A DNA stretch of 64,000 nucleotides from contig NC_068994.1 of the NCBI RefSeq assembly GCF_001194135.2, forward strand, positions 40,668,325 through 40,732,324, given 5' to 3'. The notes under the pieces were generated by a model. The model saw only the letters and a list, made by a program, of their open reading frames with translations. It was not told the DNA's origin and made no database searches. Positions 1-14,197 of this stretch are shown piece by piece (position 1 is the stretch's first letter; each line of letters begins with the position of its first letter). This DNA is from Octopus bimaculoides. Its lineage: Eukaryota. The position numbers were made by a program, and so were the translations under genes.

Positions 1-2122
1 ATGATGACGATGATGACGATGATTAAAATGATAATGATAACATGTGCTTTATTGGTTTTTTTTATTTTTGGAGGAGAGCTCTTCACATCAATTTCTCTCA
101 AATTATGTTTGTTTCAATAGTAATTAGAACCTAAAATATGCTTCTTCTTTCTTCTTTCTTGCTCTTTCATACATTGTAGTCACAATATTGTTTTCCCTTT
201 AAATTGAAATAAATAAAAAATGTTAGCTATAAGAATAAATTCAAAAAAATAATATCTAAAAATATTTCAATATAAAACAATAAAAAAGCTAAATAAATGA
301 AATATCTTAAATGAAATATATTTTTATTGCTTCTTTTTCTTTTTACTTTTTATTTTCCAAGTATATATATATATATATGTATGTATATTGTTTTAAACAG
401 AAGTTATAGTGAGTGTCGCAAGATAAGAATTATTCAAGCTTTTAAAATCTTCACAATGTGGACAGGTCTGTAAAGTAAGTCCAACATTGGCAGCAAAATG
501 GGGAAAATTCTTCCTTGAATACAGCAGAATATTAACACTGAATAAACGGTTTTATTTCTATAAGTAATGTTTTATGAAATAAAGATTCCTACTCCAAAAT
601 CAATATTCAATAACAAATGAAAAAAAAAAAAAAAGAACCATATTCATATATATGTGGTGTATTGATTTTTTAAATTTCTTTTATTTATTTATTTATTTAT
701 TAATCTCACTCTGTTAATTTGTAAAATTATTCATATGTTTTCTTCTTTTATTGTTTTCAATTTTTTTTATAAATTAAATATGAAAATTCTTTTTTTTATT
801 CCAATTTTTTTTATACTTTTATAAATAATATCAACTAATTAGAAAATGTGAGTGTACATTAATATAATTAAACACTGAATAGAAGCAGCTGAATTCTATG
901 TAACAAAATTCAATGAGAGAAAGAATGCAAGCTAAATATCTATCTCCATTGTATTTCTTTCAGTATTCACTTCCATAATCTTCTTATATATTCCTTTAAT
1001 TGACTTTCAATGAACATTGAAAGCAGACATCTTTGGAATTTTTATAGAAGAATAATGAAATGTTAATTTTTTTTATAACATTATAACAATTTTTTCTATT
1101 TCTTTTTTGTTTCTGTTCTTTTACTTTATGTTCCCTGAAATTTCCACAATATAATACTGTATAGAATAATTGATGCTTTTTTATGCTGATTGTGGTGTTG
1201 AAAATGATAATTTGATTCCTGATAGAAATCTTTCGGATGAATTCAATGTGTATGGCCTGAATAAATGATGTTTACTTCTCCACAGACATCTTACTCTAGT
1301 ATTAACTATGTTATTACTATCCAATTGTAAATGGCAAACCTGATTCAGTACATATAAAATAAGAATAATAAAAAGGAAAAAAAAGAATGTTAAAATTGCT
1401 GGAAAATGACCTCAAGTTTGGATAGATTTGTACATTCTGTATTATTCTTTTCCATTAGAAAAGCTAGGAGATATAAAAATATTTAGATATGATTTTAGAA
1501 TTGGCAATATTGTTCTGAACAAACTTGAATTGTAAATGGAAGATAACCTTATATAGACACTCTATTTGTACAGTTAACCACTGTAATCAGTTTTCAGTTT
1601 TATTGTATACAATCTTGGGAAAAAAAAACAAGCCTTGATAAAATATTTGTTTACTTTATATCATCCATGGAATCAAGCTAGCCTTAGATATCTAAGACTT
1701 TTCTCTGGATATGAAAATAATGATATAGGCAAAATTCAGTTTGGGGGAAAATTTAGGTCTATGATATAGTTGTAAACATTAGCAACTCACATGAATTTTA
1801 ATATGATATTGGTGAAAGTATTTGTATTTCTTGATTACTGCCTCCGTCTTACTTTTAACATTAACAACTTCTGCTTTCTTTTGTTCAGCATAGTATCCAC
1901 ATTAAAGGTTTGTTGTCTAGTTTTTAGTGTATCAGGATCATAAGGTCGGGGCTTCAAATTCTGGGTATGAAACATTTTGTCACAACTGTTTGGATGTCAC
2001 TTATTTGGCATCATTAACTTGACACTGACTTATTTGACAATAGATGGTTCTATGTTTCTCTTGTTTTCTCCCTACCCTGCACTCTCTTTGTCCCTTTCTC
2101 TTTCTGTCTATCTGTATTTGTG

Positions 2123-2361
2123 TTTATGTGCATTAAAAAGAAAAGTGTTTATGTCAATTGTGTTCAGTTAATAAATTGTAATGTCTCCTTATCTTCCTTT
2201 CTGTCTCTAAGTACTTCCCTCTGTGTATGTATATTTCTGCTTGTATATGCATGTGTGTGTGTTTGCCTCTGGCACCAAAAAAGTCCACTTGTTAAAAAAT
2301 AAGTTGTATGTCCAGTCAGCCATGCCAATTCATCTGAATCCAAACAGCTATTCCATCAATT
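2123..2361 (+). repeat. Left arm of a diverged long inverted repeat
   Basis: aaagtgtttat.tcaattgtgtt, gtgtttgcctctgg and gtcagccatgccaa blocks match the reverse complement of 5353-5620. Confidence 0.75.
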
Positions 2362-3083
2362 CCTAGACAGGGCTGTTCGAGGTATCTGAGAAAAACATTT
2401 CATTTTATGCCAACTCCATTCTACTCAGCTGAAATTGTGTACCAGCTTAATACTGGTGCAACACTTTCTCTCACAAAATGCTACTTTCTCACTAGGTTAA
2501 GAAGTGAGAGGGTCCAGATGATGCCTATATCTACTTGTGATTACATAAGCATTTAAAAGCAATTAACAAGACCATAGTATGTATAACCAGATCATACTCA
2601 GTTGTAAGTGACAACTATATTCATCTTTTTTTTATCTACATTCAATGCAGGTATATTCTGTGGTGTATTTAATCTTTATAGCCATGAGTATTACAGATTT
2701 GGAGGTAATCTTTTGACAAGTATAGTTTGAAATTCAGTTTCAGTTCCCAGTGGAAGTATTTCATTTAAATTATGTTGTTAATACTCTTAGAATAAACATG
2801 TTTAAGCAAGACTCGCTACTTCATTTCTGAAAATGGGAGAAGTACTAATGCAATGATGAATAACTCAGAGCATGAAAGGTCAAGAAATTGACTGTATTTC
2901 ACTAGCAAGAGGGATGAATAAATGTCTCTGTGTTGATTATCTCATTTCTGAGTCCTTGAAGAAATGTAATGCCTGGTCACATATTATGTAAATTTTGTTT
3001 AATTAAAATTAAAAAGAAGAAAATAACAAACAAAAAACAGTATGAACTTTTCTGATAAAACATCAAAATTTAATAATATTTTA

Positions 3084-3182
3084 TTATATAAACACGAAGT
3101 CTGTGGAGAATTGTGACTTTGTGATGTTCATGGTTTTCTCAGAATCATTAGCAATGTCAGCTTTGCAGACCGAGTTTTCCAA
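3084..3182 (-). CDS. Candidate distal terminal exon LENSVCKADIANDSEKTMNITKSQFSTDFVFI*
   Basis: Acceptor ttccatttacattatttaaag|TTG, phase 0, 32 codons plus TAA. Less AT-rich than its flanks. Confidence 0.25.
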   Translation of the reverse strand: MENSVCKADIANDSEKTMNITKSQFSTDFVFI

Positions 3183-5352
3183 CTTTAAATAATGTAAATG
3201 GAATTGTAACATCAGATAAATTATAATTGTCATTATAATTGTCATTTTTATAGATTTTATTTCTTGATGAGACAATTCCCTAAGTTCTCATATAATGAAA
3301 ACAGCCAATAAACACAAGTTAAAAGAAAATATTTCTTATGAAATGGCTGCTTCTTTAACATCTGGTTGTGAAATTCTGTTCTTGCTGTAAATCAAACTTA
3401 AATTCAGAAATAAAATGATCTTGGATATTGAAGCAGTTATTGTTTTTCTTTTACAAAAGAATATTCCTTTTAAATAAATAAATATAATTTTGAAAATGCT
3501 ATAAAATGTTTAATAAGTTTATTGTTAGTATTTCTTCAAATTTTTATTTTCTCAAAGAAAATGTAACTTGTAAGTAGTCAAACACTTGATGAATCATTGA
3601 AATCCATATCTTTTGTAATCACAAGCTAGTGAAATATCACTGGTACCATCTTATACAAGCAAGAATGGCTACTGTACGTTTCAGAAGTTAGCTTCATAAC
3701 AACATTATCGAGCATTTGATCCTACTGTGTTGAACCCAGAAAAAGAGTATTATACTATCACTTGGTTCATGTAAAAAAAAACAAAAAAAACATGTGAGTG
3801 AAATTTGCTTGAGAGAAACTATGTGAAAGGTTGTATGTGTGACTGTTGCTGTTCTTGAGTGGATACATATCATCTGTCTCTGTGTTTAACACCATCACCT
3901 AGACTTTGGCCACTTTTAACATCCAGTGTTGAAGTCAATCAGGCAAAGTTGCTGGTCTGAGGGTATACTTCGCTTCCTCCAATGAGTTCCAGATGTCAAG
4001 AAGTGGGTAATGGATATTGTATTTCTATATCTGAGTTAGTAATGAAATTAAACTTTAAAAACACACCACTACCTAGGTGAGGTACTAAACTTTCCTTGCT
4101 CTATTAACTAAAATGGTGTACTGAACTAACTCATCATATTCAGTAACAAAATATAAAAAAATGTAAATATTTCCAAAGTCTTAGATGATTGCAAGGAGGT
4201 GGAGTTTAGCCGAATTTTTATAGCATTGTACTGATGAGAGATATAAAAGAGAATTGCTGGTCTACATCAGATAAAAAAAAATTCCAGATAATCAGATAAC
4301 TATTTCAGACAAGTTTGATCTTCCCATATTGAAATCCCCTCACACTTAATAAACTAAGTATTTATATTATTCGTGGGATGATACAATTTTACTTCACTCT
4401 CCCTACAGATACATTCATTTCTTTATCTTTTTTTTTTTTTCAGCAATACTCTTTACTCCACCTTCATAATAACATCTTTTACTTTTCACTCACAACAGAA
4501 ACATTTATTACTTACCCACCCTTTCCACAATATCACTCACTACTTCCATTCAGCCCTTTCAATATAGCAGTGAAATCTCACTCAAATCACACCTTAACAC
4601 TTTCTAAACATCTTTATTTGTTATATCTAGAGGAAGGGGAAGGTTCAGGCATTTCACAGGCCTTAGACTGATGAAAGTGAAGCCATTAACATTCTGCTTA
4701 AGCTGATTAACAGTTGATGGCTGCAGGAAAGACATGCTGGGATGGCACTCCAGATGGCCAACATCCTGAAGGAAAAGGTCGTGGTTTCATGGTCAGAATG
4801 GGGCTTCAGACATTTGTCTTCAGTGCAACTTGAATGATAAGAAAATGAAAGATGAATTGGTAATGCTTGAGTGAAGGTGGCACAAGACCAGCCAGCTCTG
4901 AGAAGCTGAGGTTATTTTAGTCGCATCTGAAAATGCAAAGAAAGGAGACAGATATTTATGGGCCATAAGTTGGAGTGTGTTGACAAATGATTTCATGACA
5001 AAAAAGAAAGACAAAAACATTCTAATATGTCCTTTAAAAATATTGCATAATGTAAACGTATTAACCATAACAACTCTGCCTTCTCACATGAGGTGGTCAT
5101 GGCTTATATACCTTTATTTTTTATTATTTGTTGAGTCCAGAGGTAGAACCCACGAAATTTACAGGACCTCCAAGACTACTGAAATTGATACACATCTTTG
5201 ACTAGAAGTGTGTTGTATGAGGATTTACCTGGGTTCAAACATCAACAATTTCATTATTTATTCCTTCAGTGCAGCAAAATATATTGTTTCACTGTGGATG
5301 GTCAAAAATAAATGAATTTCTTTGACAGATCAATTATATGGCAGAATGAGAC

Positions 5353-5620
5353 AATTGGGCATAGCAATTTGGATGCTTGGATATTTGGCATGGCTGACAA
5401 GATTTTGAACCTGTTTTGGCAACAGTATTTTTTGACACCAGAGGCAAACACATATGCACGTTGAGAGAGAGGGAATGAAAGAGAGAGAGAGAGAGAGGGG
5501 GGAATGAGAAAGAGAGAGAGAAAGAGAAAGAGAGGGATAGAGAGAGGGAGAGAGAGTCATTGCAATACATTGATTTAACACAATTGAGATAAACACTTTC
5601 CATCTCTTTTGACACATAAA
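5353..5620 (-). repeat. Right arm of the diverged long inverted repeat
   Basis: Reverse complement of 2123-2361 with an expanded (GA)n tract. Confidence 0.75.
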
Positions 5621-5719
5621 GAGAAATAGACTTACACATGTAGAGAGAGAGAGAGAGAAGGGGGAGAGAGGAGACAACCAGACAGAAAGACAGACAGACA
5701 GCCAGCCAGCCAGCCAGCC

Positions 5720-5750
<31 letters not shown>

Positions 5751-6244
5751 GAAAGCCAAAGATAGTTCTTACAGCATTGTTATTCTAGTAGTGAGAAGCT
5801 GTTGATAGCATCTTCAACAGTTCTTCATATCTGGAGAAAGGGACATTGTGAACAGCCTCCTACAACTCTTCTCACTGGACAATTAAATTAAATTGGAAAG
5901 ACAGACAGACAGACAGACGGACAGACAGAAGACTGACCCCCAGTTCTTGAGGGGTACTTTATTCATTGATCTCAAAGTGATAAAATGCAAGACAGAATTT
6001 AAACTCAGAGAGTAGAGACCCAAAACAAATAATACAAGGGATTTTATCTAACATTTTAATAACTCTACCAATGCACTGCCTGGTGGACAGTGTATTTTGT
6101 TATCTTCTATTTATGTCAGCCATTGAACTACGGCCATACTGGGGCACTACCTTGAAGGGTTTTGTTGAATAAATCAACTTTAGTAGTTATTCTATTAGTC
6201 ACACTTTTACTGAACTACTAAATTTTAAGAATGTAAACAAAAGT

Positions 6245-6575
6245 GAAGGTGCATGCTTACAATCATGAGGTAGTGCTTTCGATTCCTGGACTGGGCTGTG
6301 TGTTGTGTTCTTGAGCAAGATACATTATTCACATTATTCTTGTGCAAGATACATTATTTCACATTGCTCCAGATTACTCAGCAGTAGACATGAGTTGCGA
6401 TGTCACTGGTGTCAAACTGTGTCAGCCTTTGTTAGTGGCATAGAAAGGGGAGGCTGGTAAGCACCGCTGACTGCCAGTTTTCTCTAAAAACCTTTCCTGG
6501 ATTATGCCTCGGTGCAATCCCACGATCATTCATGACCAGCTGGGGGGGGGGGTCTTAACTTGTTTACCCTAAACA
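6245..6575 (+). mobile_element. tRNA-head SINE group C copy
   Basis: ttcgattcctggactggg B-box-like motif and gtgttcttgagcaag. Contains a ~29-bp internal tandem duplication near 6310-6365. Homologous to 46290-46620. Confidence 0.7.
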
Positions 6576-6991
6576 AAGCAACTCTAATTGTCAAACACAA
6601 AGGCATGCACACACACACACATATGATGGAATCCCTCACTGATTCCCTATTCTAAATTCACTCAAAAAACATCAGTCTGCTCCAGGCTATGGTAGAAGAC
6701 ACTTGTCCAAAGTGCCAAGGTGTCATATTTCAATGCATCAGTACTCAGAGCAATGAAAACCCTTATCTTTTCTTAACTGGACATGTCTTCCCTATGGAAC
6801 TATGAATAATATCAATCAATCGATCATCCATACAAAACAGTTTACATTAAACTGGCTTCACACAAAAGACAACTAGGATCCAGTTTGCCAGTGTAAAGGA
6901 GAGTAGTGAGGATTGCCAAGTTAATAACCACATTAATAAATGCTGCAATTAAAACAAAAAGACATTGCTCAAACATTGATCATCTTGTGCT

Positions 6992-7038
<47 letters not shown>

Positions 7039-8129
7039 CTGTGTGTTTATGGGTGTGTTTATGTATGTGTGTGTTTATGTGTGTGTATGCTTGTATGTGT
7101 GGGTGTGCTAAGTGTGTTTATGTGTGTGTGTGTTTGTGTGTGTGTGCACATGTGTGTTTATGTGTTTATGTGAGTGTGTTGAGTAGATAATCTTTTGCTG
7201 GTTTTGGTCATAATACTGCTTTCGTGATAGAATATTGCTTTCATGTGTTTAATTGATTGCAGTACTTATTAGTCTACACACACACACATAGAGCATTCAT
7301 TCATTCCTGACATCCATTTTTACCTACTAGCAGGAGCTGGATATAAATTTGTTAGTTTGTTGAGGTATTATTCTACAATTGGATGCCCTTCCTGTTACTA
7401 ACCTTAACCTGATTTTCAAGTCAGGGCCTTTCATCTTTTTAGCTCACATGTTAAAAGCAAAGACCAACAGGATCATATATTTACTGGAAATATCAACATG
7501 ACATCATGGAGTTTGGTCTAAGGTGCAGAATGCAAATATACATGCATGCATATTGTCTACACAGTGAGAACAAACTCTTTACAGCATGGTTTCAAAGCAA
7601 ACATCTTAACCACATGCCCATGCCTACAGAGAGTTGGGCGGTTAAAAAGTTCACTTCGCAACCCAGTGGTTTCTGATTCGGTCCCATCGGTCGCACTGCC
7701 AATCAATATCTTATGAGTGAATTTGGTTGAAGGTGACTGTAAGGGGCTTGTTGCATAAATGCGTATATACATACAAATATACTTACATACAAACATGTAT
7801 ACATATATACATACATACATATATACATACATACATTTATGTATGTGTTTGTGTGTGTGTGTGGAAGTGAATATGTGTGTTGGGTCTTTTACATCTCTTG
7901 ACACTTGTGTTTTGATTGTAAACATTGACATCATTCATACAGAGGGTGTCATTTGTTTGCCATTTTTCAGGAAAACACATCTAGCCTTTGATCTCTTCAT
8001 TGTTTGAAGTTCTAGGGTGTATATTACTTTGTTTGGAATCAGATGCAGGTTTTGTTCAACAGGGAGAGCTTCTAACCTTAGAGAACTTGTTGCAACAAGG
8101 TTACACCTGACCCTTGGAAGCATGAAAAA

Positions 8130-8420
8130 GTGGACATCAAAGACATGATGAAGATGAGGATGTCTATTATGATGATGGTGAAGATAATGATGTCTTTTAT
8201 GATGCTGGAGATGACGATGACAATCATGATGATGATGATGACATAAATGATGATGACAACTAAGATGATGATAGCAATGACAATGATGATGAGGATGATG
8301 ACAGTGGCGATGACAGTGATGATGGCAATGATGAAAGCAAAATTAAAATTTTGATGATGATGACAATGATGAGAATGATGATGATGATAATGATGAGAAT
8401 GATGATGATGATGATGAGAA
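8130..8420. repeat. Degenerate (GAT)n trinucleotide tract
   Basis: Direct reading. Similar tracts at 9412-9530, 10200-10280, 10850-10980, 53570-53645 and 62830-63050. Confidence 0.9.
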
Positions 8421-10197
8421 GGATGTTGCTGTTTCTGCTGTGTCCCTTTATATACTGTGGTGTATGTAAGTGGTTCAATAAAATAAGAACAAGACTGCAA
8501 AAAGCTTTGTGATGAATGCAGTCGGCTAAAATCCTCAATGCCGGTGCCCTGGCATGGCCAGAGTCAAATGACTGTCACCAGTAAAGCAATAAAAGAAATA
8601 ATACTTGGAAATATCATGAGTAGTTTTTTATTTTTTTTATTTATTCAGCAAAAACGAAACAAACTAAAGAAAGAATAATCAAAACGATATGAAAATCCAA
8701 TAAATAAGTAAATATATAATGTGATTTTCTGTCTGCTGATATCAATAGAAAGTTTGATAAATGTAGCTGAACTATACAGAATGAAGTATGAGCTTTCATA
8801 TCAAACATTCTGGTTGGAATAATGAATATATTGTAAGTAATTATCTTCAGCAAAAGAATTTCTCTGTTTGCAAATCACTTATATATATTTCAATGTAGCA
8901 TTTAGCTCTAGTGAAAAGCTCAGTGAGTATTTCTAAGCTTATCCATTATTTCCTTCTCCTTAAGCAAATAAGTCATTAGGGGAATGAATTCTATTTGTTA
9001 TTTTCTCTTCCTTTTATATCTATTTTAATCCATCTATATATAACAAGAAACAAAATTTTGTTTTATCAGATTATTTAAATAATCGTAGTTATATTACATT
9101 AGCTTTTAAAAGGCTTTGTCATAATCTTTAATCCCTGCATGTAATCTAGTTTTAGATCTTGTGAGTTTAGTTATCTAACAACTAAACAAAGGTAGATAGG
9201 GAAAAGAAATTCTCTGTATTCTAAAATAGAGATTGTCTTTGAATATAGAAGACATAAAAAGTTGAATTCTAGGTAGGTAATTTTGACAAAAAGTAATTTA
9301 TATCTTTTATTCAAAAATAATACACACTGCGATACCTATTCAGAACTAAAAGAATAAATTAATATTCAAAATAAAATAATAAGGATGAAAATAACTTGTA
9401 GTTTGCTTTTAATCATCATCATCGTCATCATTGTTGTTGTCGTTGGCATCATCATTGTCATCATCATCATTGTCATCACCATCAACATCATCACCATCAA
9501 TATCATCACTGCCATTGTCATCATTGTCATTTAATGTCTATTTTCCATGCTGGCATAGATTGGGCAATGTCAAGCTCCAATGTTGGCTTTGGCATGGTTT
9601 CTATGGTTGGATACCTTTCCTGATGCCAACCACTTAACTGGGTACACAGGGTGCTTTTTACATGCCACTAGGACTAGTAAGTTGCAAGATGGGAAAAGAA
9701 AAATACCTAAAACAGGGAAAAGATAAAAAGCTCCTAAGTGTGTATTTGAAAGGTGGAGGTGCCCTTAATCTAAGTGACAGGAGGTTAGAGTGTGACAGAG
9801 GAACATGTACAGGGTTTTTTTCTGTAGGGGAGATACATGGTTACCCTACATTATATAAGGGTGAGACGTAGCAGGTGAAAAAGAGGAAAAGATGGTAGAA
9901 GAAAGTAAAATACAGAAGAAAATGTATCAGAAATGATGTATAAAAAAAAAAAATTAAAGGTTTTTTTAAATATAAAAATGCAATTCTTACCACAGGAAAC
10001 TGAATCCAGTTCTTCAGAAAAATGATGCATGGTGGCTTGTTTGAATTTCACTGTGTTCAAAAATTTCTGGAAGTTTGGTCTTGCTGTGAAAGAATTTCTG
10101 AGCTACAAGCCCAAGATATATAAAAAAATAAATATGATTCATATATATCAAATTCACATTTATCACTTTAAACTGTATGCTTTTTTACCATTACTCA

Positions 10198-10263
<66 letters not shown>

Positions 10264-10282
10264 TTTATCATCATTATTATTA

Positions 10283-10847
10283 AATGAGAGAGCAGCGCAT
10301 GCCATCAAAGTGACACCGGGGTAAAATATATGAAGCCCAGTATACCCATCATGGCTATCCATCAGATAAGGGTACACCAAATACATGCATCATAACCATA
10401 TGTGCATGACATGGTGATCTCATATGAAAATAAACAGCTCATGACTTTACAAGTATGGCCCTGCAAAGTCAAGTTAGAATTTTCTTCTGTTTGAATAGCC
10501 CATCCAGCTCAAAAGGTCCGTGAATAAGAGTTGTTTAAGGATGTTGAATGAAACACCCATGTTTCCAGAGGTGAATTATTCAAACCCCAAAGAATTCTGC
10601 TTAACACATTCCTATGATGCTCCACCCCACTACTTCTGCTCATGATCAGAGATGCACATATCGTCAGCCACCAAGAAAGAAGCCCAACTAGTTAAGATCA
10701 AACAACTGGACTAGCAAATCTATGGTATTGAGCAGAATATTTTCTGTAGCTCATCTTTTATACCAAGACAAAACACGTACATGATAACACTTTCAATCAG
10801 TTAAGATCAGAAGCCATGAGAGCCACTGTCTGGTACTGTATCAGGGT
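10283..10847. repeat. Unclassified ~560-bp dispersed repeat between (ATT)n and (CAT)n tracts
   Basis: Its first ~170 bp recur inverted at 32788-32962, also next to an (AAT)n tract. Confidence 0.75.
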
Positions 10848-10942
10848 AATTGTTATCATCACCATCATCATCATCATCACCATCACCATTACTATTATTA
10901 TTATTATTATCATCATTATCATTATCATTTTTATTTTCATCG

Positions 10943-10973
<31 letters not shown>

Positions 10974-11719
10974 TATTTTATTTTGAAGCCTCCATTTAGA
11001 TGCTAAGCAATTTTTTTTTTATCACATCTGTCTAATCTTATTAAGTGTGGCTAACATCACTTTATTAATGCCCAATTTAAGTACATGAAATGTGATTATT
11101 ATTATTTATAAGGCTTTTGGTTGTGTTCTGTTCTTCTTATTTTTTTTTTTTTACTTTATATTGCATTAGTTAAGAAAGTTGGTATTGCTTTGCAAATTCT
11201 TGTTAACTCTTCTGCTTGTCAATGAAATATTGTGGAATAATCGAATTTATACAAAAACACTGAAATATCATCAATATTGTTTAGGAAATTCTGTAGCTAC
11301 AATAATTGATCAAAAAATCTGCCAATATCATTAATATCTAGAGATGCCACACCAATATTTCTTTCTTTATTTCTTTTAAAATTTTTAGTTATCTATTTTT
11401 ATTCAAGCCCTGAATATTTTCATTATTTCATAACTTGTAAAGAAAAGAAAGAGGGAAAAAAAATAAGGAAAGAGGTCTAACAAAAAATAGGCAATGTCAC
11501 AATTTCACTACTTTAAAAAACATTGCAACTGTAACTAAATTTCATAATTTTGACTCACTACTTTAAAAACATTGAAACTATACCCAATTTTCATAATTTT
11601 GACTTTGTTAAATTAAAAAAACTCATTGGTTTCAAGCTTTAGAATGTTCCAAATCATCATCTCCTAGAATCCCATGATTGAGATTTTTTAAACTTTTTGA
11701 ATCATATACACCTTTGTTA

Positions 11720-11780
11720 ATGCATGTATGTATGTATGTATGTATGTATGTATGTATGTATGTATGTATGTATGTATCTA

Positions 11781-11847
<67 letters not shown>

Positions 11848-11975
11848 GTCTGTCTATCGATCTATCTATCTAACTATCGATCTATATCATCGTTATTTAG
11901 CATCTGTTTTCCATGCTATGGATTGAATGATTTTACAGAAGCTGACCAGCTGAAGGGCTGTTCAGNNNNNNNNNN

Positions 11976-12016
<41 letters not shown>

Positions 12017-12062
12017 AAGAGGGGAGAGAGATTGATAGATAAATTGATAGCTAGATAGATAA

Positions 12063-12128
<66 letters not shown>

Positions 12129-12130
12129 GG
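11720..12130. repeat. Compound (TATG)n/(TCTG)n/(GA)n/(GATA)n microsatellite
   Basis: Direct reading. Similar compound tract at 61425-61800. Confidence 0.9.
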
Positions 12131-12164
12131 TTTATGTATACATGTATATCTTTCATCTTTTATT

Positions 12165-12520
12165 TCTTTCTGTCATTAGACTACAACCATACTGGGGCTC
12201 TGCCTTCAAGAATTTTAGTGAAACGAATCGATCCCAGTGCTAATGATTTTTGTTGTAAAGCCTGGTACTTATTCTATCAGCCTCTTTTGCCAAACTGGTA
12301 AGTTACAGAAACACAAACACACTAATATTGGTTGTCGAGCAGTGATAGGGGGGTGGGGACAAAAACATACACAAAGACACTCAAGTAAGTATATATATTT
12401 ATGTATTGGTCTCTTTCTATTTCCATGAACCAAATCCACTCACATGGCTTTGGTCAGCCCAAGGCTACAGCAGAAGACACTTGCCCAAGGTGCCATGCTG
12501 TGGGACTGAATCCAAAACCA
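12165..12520 (-). mobile_element. SINE family B copy
   Basis: Reverse complement of the head and tail of 29397-29830. Confidence 0.8.
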
Positions 12521-12904
12521 TGCTAGATCTACACTATGTGAGTGAAACAGGGAACTGGAAACATTGCATCTGAAATTCAAAATGTCCAGTTTTGTAACAC
12601 ATAGTTGAAATTCCACTTGAAATTTACCTTATGATTATGCATATCTGTGAAATACTCAGCCAATCAACAACTTAAATATTAATTCAGGAATAATAATTCA
12701 ATCAAACAAACAACTGAATCCTCGTCACTGAAACCGATTAGAAATTTGACATCTCTTTCTCTTTCAATGTATATACATATGTATACATATATATATACAT
12801 ATATATATATATATATTGATAGAAAAGGTAAGAAGATAACAAAAGAAAGAAAGAGACCTCGATATTATGTAAATAGAGGGATTTGTCACATATTATATAT
12901 ACAA

Positions 12905-12946
<42 letters not shown>

Positions 12947-13556
12947 TNNNNNNNNNNNNNNNNNNNNNNNNNNNNNNNNNNNNNNNNNNNNNNNNNNNNN
13001 NNNNNNNNNNNNNNNNNNNNNNNNNNNNNNNNNNNNNNNNNNNNNNNNNNNNNNNNNNNNNNNNNNNNNNNNNNNNNNNNNNNNNNNNNNNNNNNNNNNN
13101 NNNNNNNNNNNNNNNNNNNNNNNNNNNNNNNNNNNNNNNNNNNNNNNNNNNNNNNNNNNNNNNNNNNNNNNNNNNNNNNNNNNNNNNNNNNNNNNNNNNN
13201 NNNNNNNNNNNNNNNNNNNNNNNNNNNNNNNNNNNNNNNNNNNNNNNNNNNNNNNNNNNNNNNNNNNNNNNNNNNNNNNNNNNNNNNNNNNNNNNNNNNN
13301 NNNNNNNNNNNNNNNNNNNNNNNNNNNNNNNNNNNNNNNNNNNNNNNNNNNNNNNNNNNNNNNNNNNNNNNNNNNNNNNNNNNNNNNNNNNNNNNNNNNN
13401 NTATATATATATATATATATATATATAAAGCAGTTGTTTATTGTCAACTTAATGTGACAGACCCACTAAGGGAATCATGCGCATGTGTATATATATGCAC
13501 ACATATCTATGCATATATATTTATATGTGTATATGTCTATGCATCTCTTTGTATTT

Positions 13557-13770
13557 GTATTTGGCACACATCTACACACCACTTAACAACTGGTGTTAGT
13601 TTGTTTACACCCTTGTAGCATACCAGTTCAGCAAGAGCTACCACTAGAATATGCACCAGACTTAAAAACAAAAAAAACATGAGTACTGGGTTCAATTTGT
13701 CTTATTATAAACCCTTTAAGGCAGTGCCCCAGCATGGCTGCCGTCCAATGACTGAAACAAGAAAAAAATT
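13557..13770 (+). mobile_element. SINE family B tail
   Basis: aacaactggtgttagtttgtttac...ggcagtgccccagcatggctgccgtccaatgactgaaac. Other fragments at ~6120-6240, 6625-6720, 7560-7770, 8470-8600, 15715-15800, 42735-42860, 49050-49200, 62030-62100 and 63535-63620. Confidence 0.75.
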
Positions 13771-14152
13771 AAAGGTAACATGAATTTATTTTGTCTGAAA
13801 CTCTCTTGATCCGACCATCCACCAGTCACCAGAATTCATTCTAGAAACCCTTCCATATGTTAGAATTTCCTGTATGATATTTTACATTAATTTCTTCCAT
13901 GCTAGTGGGAATGAAGCTGGATTTACAAATTTGTATATTTGCATATGAATTTTTTTTAGCACATGATTTTGTAGCTTGATATCAAACCTAATACTAATCA
14001 CTAAATTATGAACTGGAAACTGTTTTTTTGCTAGCCAGACTTCAGCGTGCAGATAAATAACCTTTGGTTCGGTGCATAAATTCATTTTTTTCTCTTGATT
14101 ATATATATAATATATATATATGTATGTATGTATATATGTGTATATATGTGTA

Positions 14153-14197
<45 letters not shown>

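Noticed and set aside
401-474. Plus-strand exon-like segment (ttttaaacag| ... |GTAAGT)
   Set aside because: Stops in all frames and no partner exons on the plus strand.
4660-5180. Less AT-rich stretch with PEGKGRGFMV, faintly transposase-like
   Set aside because: Too short and interrupted, with no catalytic motifs to support a call.
7934-8538. His-, Ile- and Ser-rich ORFs, and similar ones at 23339-23702 and 62398-63176
   Set aside because: They are translations of trinucleotide microsatellites.
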